Positions 56,036 to 64,000 of a stretch of DNA of 64,000 nucleotides are shown one piece after another; within the stretch, counting starts at the first letter, position 1; each line of letters starts with the position of its first letter. This DNA is from Octopus vulgaris (Eukaryota). The stretch lies in the NCBI GenBank assembly GCA_951406725.2, contig OX597830.1:64604001-64668000 (forward strand), in the 5' to 3' direction. The notes below the pieces were generated by a model that was not told the DNA's origin, searched no databases, and was given only the letters and a program-made list of their open reading frames with translations. The translations under genes were made by a program, and so were the position numbers.

Positions 56036-56131
<96 letters not shown>

Positions 56132-56361
56132 ATTATCTATCCACTATTGATATAGACAGCCGGGTGCAATGTGTTGCCAAAAAGGAAAACTATGATTGTC
56201 AGTAAGTATGACTAAGTAGAAGGCACTTACTCAAGTTGCCAAGTAGTGGGACTGAACTCAGAACTATGCGGTTGGGAAGCAAGCATCTTACCACACAGTC
56301 ACCCCTGCGCCTATATGTATATATATATATATATATATATGAGTGTGTGTGTGTATGTATG

Positions 56362-56526
<165 letters not shown>

Positions 56527-57083
56527 GATTTGCCGTGAGCACTCATGTCCTGATGAAGATGTACGGGGATAGTCGTGACTTACGGATTATCTTGAATATT
56601 TTGAGACCCAAACCCGCTCGAAGGACTTGGCAGAGGGAGAGAGAGAGAGAGGAAGAGAGAATGATAGAGAGAAGGGAAGAGGGAGAGGGAGAGAGAGACG
56701 GAGAGAGAGGGAGAGAGAGACAGGGACAGAGAGGAGGGAGATGGGAGAGAGAGAGGGAGAGGAAAGTTTGCCAGAGGGTGATTGTTATTTGATCTGAAGA
56801 CGCTGAAATGAAGAAAAGAAAATTTGGTCCCAGCCCAGAGTTAGTTGAAGAAATATGAATACCGTAAGGCAGTCAACCCGAGGCTCTAGCGACTACATAC
56901 GTGCATATAACCATACATATATGCATAAATACATACATACATGCATGTATGCTTGCAAATATATACGTACATATGTACATATATACGCAACCATGCGTAC
57001 AATTATACATATATATATATATATATATATAAATATATATATATATATGTATAAACATCTATACACACACACATACACATATC

Positions 57084-57124
<41 letters not shown>

Positions 57125-57561
57125 ACGAATATATACATATGTGTAACGTATGGAGTTTAAATACCTAATTAGTCAAAATGCCATAGGCCATACACATCCC
57201 ACCCGCATGTTTACTCTGAAGGTGCTGCCATCTAACAAACTTTGGTGCATGTGTAACCCTGAAATCAACTATAAAAAGCATGAAGGCCACAACATCACAT
57301 TTCTTTTTTTCTCTAAGCTCTAACTACAAGTTATATCTGATGGAATGGTTCATTAACTCCCGACAATTCTCAGACTGCGTTCAACAATACTGTCATATAG
57401 TTACCTCCCTTGGTCCTGCAGCAGAAGGCTAAATTTCCAGCACTTCAATATGTAATGTAATGTAATGTATGTATGTATGTATGTATGTATGTATGTATGT
57501 ATGTATGTATGTATGTGTGAGTACGTATGTATGTGTGTGTATGTATGTATATAAGTGTGTA

Positions 57562-57596
<35 letters not shown>

Positions 57597-58019
57597 ATGT
57601 ATGTGTGTATGTATGTATGTATGTTTGTATGTGTGAGTATGTATGTGTGTGTATGTATGTATGTATATAAGTGTGTATGTGTGTGTGTATGTATGTATGT
57701 ATGTATATATGTATGTGTGTATGTATGTATGTATGTGTATGTATGTGTATGTATGCATGTATTTATGTATGAATGTATGTGTGTGTGTGTGAATATGTGT
57801 GCATGTATGTATGTGTATGGAGGTATGTGTGTGTATGTATTTATGTATATATGTATGCATGTGTGTATGTATGTGAATGTATGTATGTGTGTATGTATGT
57901 ATGTATGTATGTATGTATGTGTGTATATATATATATATATATATGTCTGTATATATTTATGAATGTATGTATGCATATGTGTATGTAGGTGTTTATGTAT
58001 GTGTGTATGTACTCGTGTG

Positions 58020-58186
58020 TTTGTCCATCGCAGTGTTACTCAAGAAACAGGAAGAGAGAGTGAGAGAATGTTGGGGCGAAAGAGTACAACAGGGATCACC
58101 ACTATCCCTGCCGAAGCCTCGTGGAGCTTTAGGTGTTTTCGCTCAATAAACACACACAACACCCGGTCTGGGAATCGAAACCCCGA
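58020..58186 (-). mobile_element. SINE family B fragment
   Basis: Matches 38190-38320. Confidence 0.8.
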
Positions 58187-58202
58187 TATATATTCAAATT
58201 TA

Positions 58203-58500
58203 GAGAATGGAGAGCCAGGCTACACATGTTTCATATCTATCAGAACCTCGGGACAAAGATAATTCGGAACAAAGATAACTGAGTCAAATGAACTTTACAT
58301 TGTCGACATGGGATCGCATGTTCCATCAAATCTCCTGCGAGTTAACACGGGATCGCATGACGTCACTGTAGCCTTCATTTGACTAAGGTATCTTCGGCTT
58401 GATGAGTAGGTAGCGGATGACTCCTCGTTTGAATATTATTACTTCCAAGGTCCCGCTAGCTATGAAACATATGCAGCTTGGGTTTTATCTCCTCCATTCC
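58203..58500. mobile_element. Inverted pair of hammerhead-bearing repeats (long-stem-II family)
   Basis: Plus copy GGC-TTGATGA-GTAG...CTAT-GAAA-CATATG-CA-GCT (58396-58478); deleted minus copy at 58203-58320. Confidence 0.6.
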
Positions 58501-58541
58501 CTAATGTTGGATTACTACACACACACACACGTGTACATATT

Positions 58542-58606
<65 letters not shown>

Positions 58607-58781
58607 TTATAAATATATGAAATTATAAGTATATAAAATAAACATACAAATTTCCGCACGAAGACACGTAGTCTATGCCCTAGGGACGTAGCTTCAACCG
58701 TGTTCTCTCTGATGTGAATTTGCTACCCAGGTATCGGTTATCTTTCGAATTATCCTTAATAAGATAATTCATTCAATTACT

Positions 58782-58833
<52 letters not shown>

Positions 58834-58844
58834 GATATAGGATT

Positions 58845-59131
58845 GCTCCTAGAAAGTTACCCTCCCATGTTGAAGTCCGGGCAAGGTTGTTTATGGAAGG
58901 CCAGAATCCCCCACGCATACCAGCTTCCCCTCTCCACGCCACCAGTGTTATCCAAGGGAAAGGGGATGTTTGATACAGCTCGGCACCAGTGGCGTCGAAC
59001 CTTATTTTTACAGCTGAGTTAACTGGAACAACGTGAAATAAAGTCTCTTGCTCAAGAACAAAACACGCAGCCCGGTTCGGGAATCGAACTCACAGCTTTC
59101 GTAAGCTCGACGCTCTAACCACTGAGCCATG

Positions 59132-59133
<2 letters not shown>
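58845..59133 (-). mobile_element. SINE family E
   Basis: Reverse-complement homologue of 46755-47050. Confidence 0.8.
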
Positions 59134-59179
<46 letters not shown>

Positions 59180-59193
59180 CACACATATTTATA

Positions 59194-59225
<32 letters not shown>

Positions 59226-59453
59226 CGGCGAGCTGGCAGAAACGTTAGCACGCTGGGCGAAATTCGTAGCCGTATTTCGTCTTTCGTTACGTTCCGAGTT
59301 CAAATTCCGCCGAGGTCGACTTTGCCTTTCATCCTTTCGGGGTCGATAAATTAAGTACCAGTTACGCATTGGGGTAGATGTAATCGACTTAATCCCTTTG
59401 TCTGTCCTTGTTTGTCCCCTCTGTGTTTAGCCCCTTGTGGGTAGTAAAGAAAT
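59226..59453 (+). mobile_element. SINE family C, full length
   Basis: GGCGAGCTGGCAGAAACG head, GAGTTCAAATTC B box, Nin/Deu-like core. Confidence 0.88.
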
Positions 59454-59617
59454 ATATATATATATATATATATACGACGGGTGTCTTTCACCTTCCGAGT
59501 AGCAATACAAGGCTTTGGCCAGCCCGATGCTATAGTAGTTCCCACGTGGTGGGCTTGAACCCAGAACCATGTGGTTTGGAAGCAAGCTGCTTAACACACA
59601 GCCATGGTGTGTGTGTG

Positions 59618-59670
<53 letters not shown>

Positions 59671-60155
59671 ATAGTCAAACCCAAAAATATATTTAGAGGA
59701 GGGGTTAAGTCGATTACATCAATCCCCACTACGTGGCTGGTACCAAAATTTAAACAGTCCCTAAAGGATAAAATGCAAAGTTGGCTTGGTAGGGATTCGA
59801 ACACCGATCGTAAAGAGCCAAACTAAGAAACCGGAAAGCTGTTTATCTGACGCTGTAACGAATTCGTCTGACTAAAAAATTATAATAATAATATTTTAAT
59901 TATCATTACGTAATAACTTCCTATTTCCTGTGCGTGAAATGTGTCAGGCATTGTGTGTGACAACATCAACAATAACAACAGCAACATTTTACATCAGCTT
60001 TTTATTTATTTATTTATTTATTTATTCATTTATTAATTTACTTTTTTGCTGTTTTTGTTATTATCGTTGTAATCGTCTGGTTGTCTGTCAGCCTGCCTGC
60101 CTGCCTGCCTGCTTGCCTGATTGTCTGTCCTTCGCTTCGCCACCCACTACTAAAC

Positions 60156-60191
<36 letters not shown>

Positions 60192-60289
60192 CACCACCAC
60201 CACCACCACCACCACCACCACCCTCACCCCCCCCACCATCACCACTGTAATGACAGTCAACTCATAATTATCATCATCGTTATCATTAT

Positions 60290-60392
60290 CGATCAATCAA
60301 TCACACCAACACAACCACCATCGCCGCCGCCGCCGCCACCACCACTGCAATCATCATCGGCAACAGCATCATCGTCGTCGTCGTCGTCCTCG

Positions 60393-60427
<35 letters not shown>

Positions 60428-60509
60428 GTCATTGTCATTATCATCGTCGTCGTCCTCCTCCTCCTCCCCATCATCATCATCATCATTGTCATCGTAATCA
60501 TCATCATCG

Positions 60510-60559
<50 letters not shown>

Positions 60560-60740
60560 GTCATTGTCATTATCATCGTCGTCATCGACGTCATCCTCCT
60601 CCTCCTCCTCCTCATCATCATCATCATCATCATCATCGTCATCATCATCATCATCATCGTCATTGTCATTATCATCGTCGTCGTCCTCCTCCTCCTCCCC
60701 ATCATCATCAACATCATTGTCATCGTAATCATCATCATCG

Positions 60741-60775
<35 letters not shown>

Positions 60776-60943
60776 GTCATCATCATCATCATCATCATCG
60801 TCATTGTCATTATCATCGTCGTCGTCGACGTCCCTCCTCCTCCTCCTCCTCCTCCTCATCATCATCATCGTCATCATCATCATCATCATCATCGTCATTG
60901 TCATTATCATCGTCGTCGTCGACGTCCCTCCTCCTCCTCCTCC

Positions 60944-60984
<41 letters not shown>

Positions 60985-61080
60985 GTCATTGTCATTATCA
61001 TCGTCGTCGTCGACGTCCCTCCTCCTCCTCCTCCTCCTCCTCATCATCATCATCATCATCATCATCATCGTCGTCATCAT
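60290..61080. repeat. (CAT/CGT/CCT)n tract with higher-order repetition
   Basis: TCATTGTCATTATCATCGTCGTC recurs six times. Confidence 0.9.
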
Positions 61081-61864
61081 CCCCAACGTGATGTTATGTC
61101 GTGGGATGGTTAAAACTGGTGAGAGATTTCCCGCTAATTCGACTGTATGTAATATTAATTAATCCAACCGCTTTTCCTCCCATTCACTCATTCCAGTCGG
61201 GTGGCTCAGTCGGGTAGCAGACTTCTTACATGTTGACATGTGTTGTGTTGGCGTGAGCGACTGTGTGTGTATGTGTGCATTTGCTTCTATGCATGTGTGT
61301 GTGCATGTGTGTGTGTGAGTATAGGTGCGTGGGTATGTGCGTGTACGCTTGCATAATTTGCGTTGGGTGCGGGTGCTTAGACATCTTTATAAATGCGTGT
61401 CTACCTGTGTATATATGTGTGTGCGTTTATCTGTATTGTCTGTGGGTGTGTGTCAGTGTGTGTGTATGTTAGTGTGTGCGAGGAGGGGGGCATGATTTTT
61501 TTATGACTTTATATTTGAGTGTGTGTGTGTACGTGTGTAGGTGTGCGTCTGCACACGCTTGTGTGTGTGTGTGTGTGCGTGCGTCTGTATTAATATGTGC
61601 GTGTAAAAGCGCATGTATAGGTATGTGTGCATAAGCGAGGGCCGGAGTCTCTCTCTCTCTGTATGTGTGTGTATTTGCATGTGTGTGTGTGTATGTGTAT
61701 GTGTGCGTATGTGAGCGTTCGCGTATGTGTGTGCCTGTGTGCGTGTGCTTGAGAGAGTGTATACGTGTGCGTATTATCCACGGATGTAAAGGTGTCCTTT
61801 CCGTTCGCATTTACCGAATGAATGTTGCATTAAGGGTGTGTTCGATTAAGGGAATGTTGGATTA

Positions 61865-61944
61865 AGGGGTTGTTGGAAGAGGGAGGAATGACTGAGAGAG
61901 AGAGTGAAGGAGAGAGGAGAAGATTGAGAGAGTGAGAGAAAGTG

Positions 61945-61985
<41 letters not shown>

Positions 61986-62287
61986 AAGGAAATGAGAAAC
62001 AGATTAAAAGGCAAACAGAAAGAGGAAAGGTGACATGTTGCAGGGGAGAGAGAGAGAGAGCTCATTAGGAGATAGAAGAGAGAGAGGGTGAGCGAGAGCT
62101 CATTAAGAGATAGGAGAGAGGGTGAGAGAGAGTGAGAGTGAGAGCTCATTAAGAAATAGGAGAGCGAGAGGGGGATAGTGAAAGGGGAGAGGGAGAAAGA
62201 GAGGTATAGAGAGACGTTGCTAGAGAGGGGGTGGGAGAGAGAAAAAGAAATGTGAAGGGGATGGAAGGATAAAGAAAGAGGTAATGG

Positions 62288-62318
<31 letters not shown>

Positions 62319-62673
62319 AGCGATGGGAGAAAGGGAGAAAGAGACTAAACGAGAAAAGGGGAACAGGAAAGGAGAGAAGACGAGAGAGAGAGAGAGAGGG
62401 AGAGAGGATGAATAAGAGATAGGAGAGAGCTAGAAAGAGAGAGAGAGAAAGAGAGAGCGATAGGAGAGAGTGAGAAAGAGACCAAAAGAGAAAAGGGGGA
62501 TAGGAAAGGAGAGAGGTTGAGGGAGAGATAGAGATAGAGAGCGGAAGACAAGGAGAGAGAGATGAATAAGAGATAGGAGAGAGAGAGAGAGAGAAAGAGA
62601 GAGAGACTATTGGAGATGTGATTGACTGGACAGCTGGGAGAGATAGGAAGGGAAAGCATGGAGATAGATTGAT

Positions 62674-62705
<32 letters not shown>

Positions 62706-62900
62706 AGGAAGAGAGGAGAGAGAGAGACAGAAAAAGAGTGAGAGAAGGGAAGAAAGGAGAAGAGATGGGGAAGAAGAATGTAATAATGAGAAGAAGAAAT
62801 GATCGAGAGGTGGTGGGGTGGGGTTGAGGTGCAAGAGATCGTTGGAGAAGAGAAAGGGAAAGAAAATATGAAAGAGGAAGAGTGTGAGGGTGGAGAAAAA
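61865..62900. repeat. Polypurine (GA)-rich tract, about 1 kb
   Basis: Direct reading. Confidence 0.9.
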
Positions 62901-63519
62901 CAAAACAAAAAACATTAAATCAAGACTAAATAAAAACTAAAAGACAAAACAAAAGAAAAAGGGTATTGAAGATTTGATATGAAGAAATAATTTGGAGTGC
63001 GGTTCTAATGCCGGGTGGATGACTGGGTGGTGGTGATGTGATGCTGGTGTTATTGTTGTTGCTAGTGATGATGTCGATGGATGGAATTACGAGGTGGCAG
63101 TGGTGGTGGTAGCAACAACGTGGGTGATGATGATGATGTTAATGGTGGTGGTGGTGGTGATGGTGATGGTGGTGGTGATGGTGGTGATGGTGGTGATGGT
63201 GGTGATGAATTTGATGACGAAGATGATGAAGATGATGATGATGATGATGATGACGACGACGACGATTATGATGATGATGATGATGGTGAAGATGATGGTG
63301 AAGATGATGATGATGGACATGATGATGAAGATGATCATGAAAATGATGATTATGACGATGGTAACGACGACGACAATAATGATGATGATGATGATGATGA
63401 TGATGATAGTAGTAGAAAGAATGATTAAATGGTGGTAATGAGGCTGACAATATGTAGGGAGTGGTGATGATGTCACTGATAGTGATGATAACGTTGATAA
63501 TCAAATTGATGATCCTTTC

Positions 63520-63680
63520 TGCTCTAGGCAGGAGGCCAGAAATTTCGGGGGAGTGTGATAGGCGATTACATCAACCCCAGTGCGCAACTGGTACTTATTT
63601 AATAGGCTCCCTCAGAAGGATGGAAAACAAAGTCAACCTCTGCGGAATCTGAACTCAGAACGTAGCAACGTAAAAAGTAT
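63520..63680 (-). mobile_element. SINE family C, decayed
   Basis: GATTACATCAACCCCAGTGCGCAACTGGTACTTATT...GAACTCAGAACG. Confidence 0.75.
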
Positions 63681-64000
63681 CGCTAATTATGTTGTCGTGT
63701 GAACTAATGAGTCATAAGACAGCTTCCTGCTTTATGATCAAAATTATGACGATTTCTCTGGTGATTATGGCGATAGTGATGATGTTGATGATAATGATGT
63801 TGTTGGTGATAATGATGTTGTTGGTGATGAATAGCGATAATGTTGATAAGAGCGATGGTGGTAATGATAGTGTTGTCGGTATTAACGGTACGTTGTCGTT
63901 TTTTACCATGAGAGTGTAATGATGTGTGACCTTTTGTGGGTTTGCGTTTGTGTGTCTGTGTGTGTGTTTGTGTCTGTGTGCGTGTGTTTGTGTTTGTGTG

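Overview
AT-rich eukaryotic non-coding DNA with no recognisable host protein-coding gene. A very large share is microsatellite ((TA)n, (CA)n, (TATC)n, (TATG)n, (TAA)n, (CAT)n, (GA)n), which explains almost every ORF in the track. The repeat landscape looks like a coleoid cephalopod, probably Octopus (inference). Supported content: one full-length DD34D mariner with a two-lesion transposase, several Tc1/mariner/pogo-type MITEs or fragments, a non-autonomous Helitron, three decayed RLE-type non-LTR retrotransposon pieces, L1/Tx1-like 3' ends, and many copies of about five tRNA-derived SINE families. The most notable hidden signal is 15 or more minimal type I hammerhead-ribozyme motifs (intact or decayed) in several families. 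Most have a self-complementary stem III and many sit in fold-back or tandem duplications within microsatellites, the architecture known for Penelope-like element pseudo-LTRs and retrozymes. All motif calls were read by eye, and repeat boundaries are approximate unless TIRs or TSDs are quoted.
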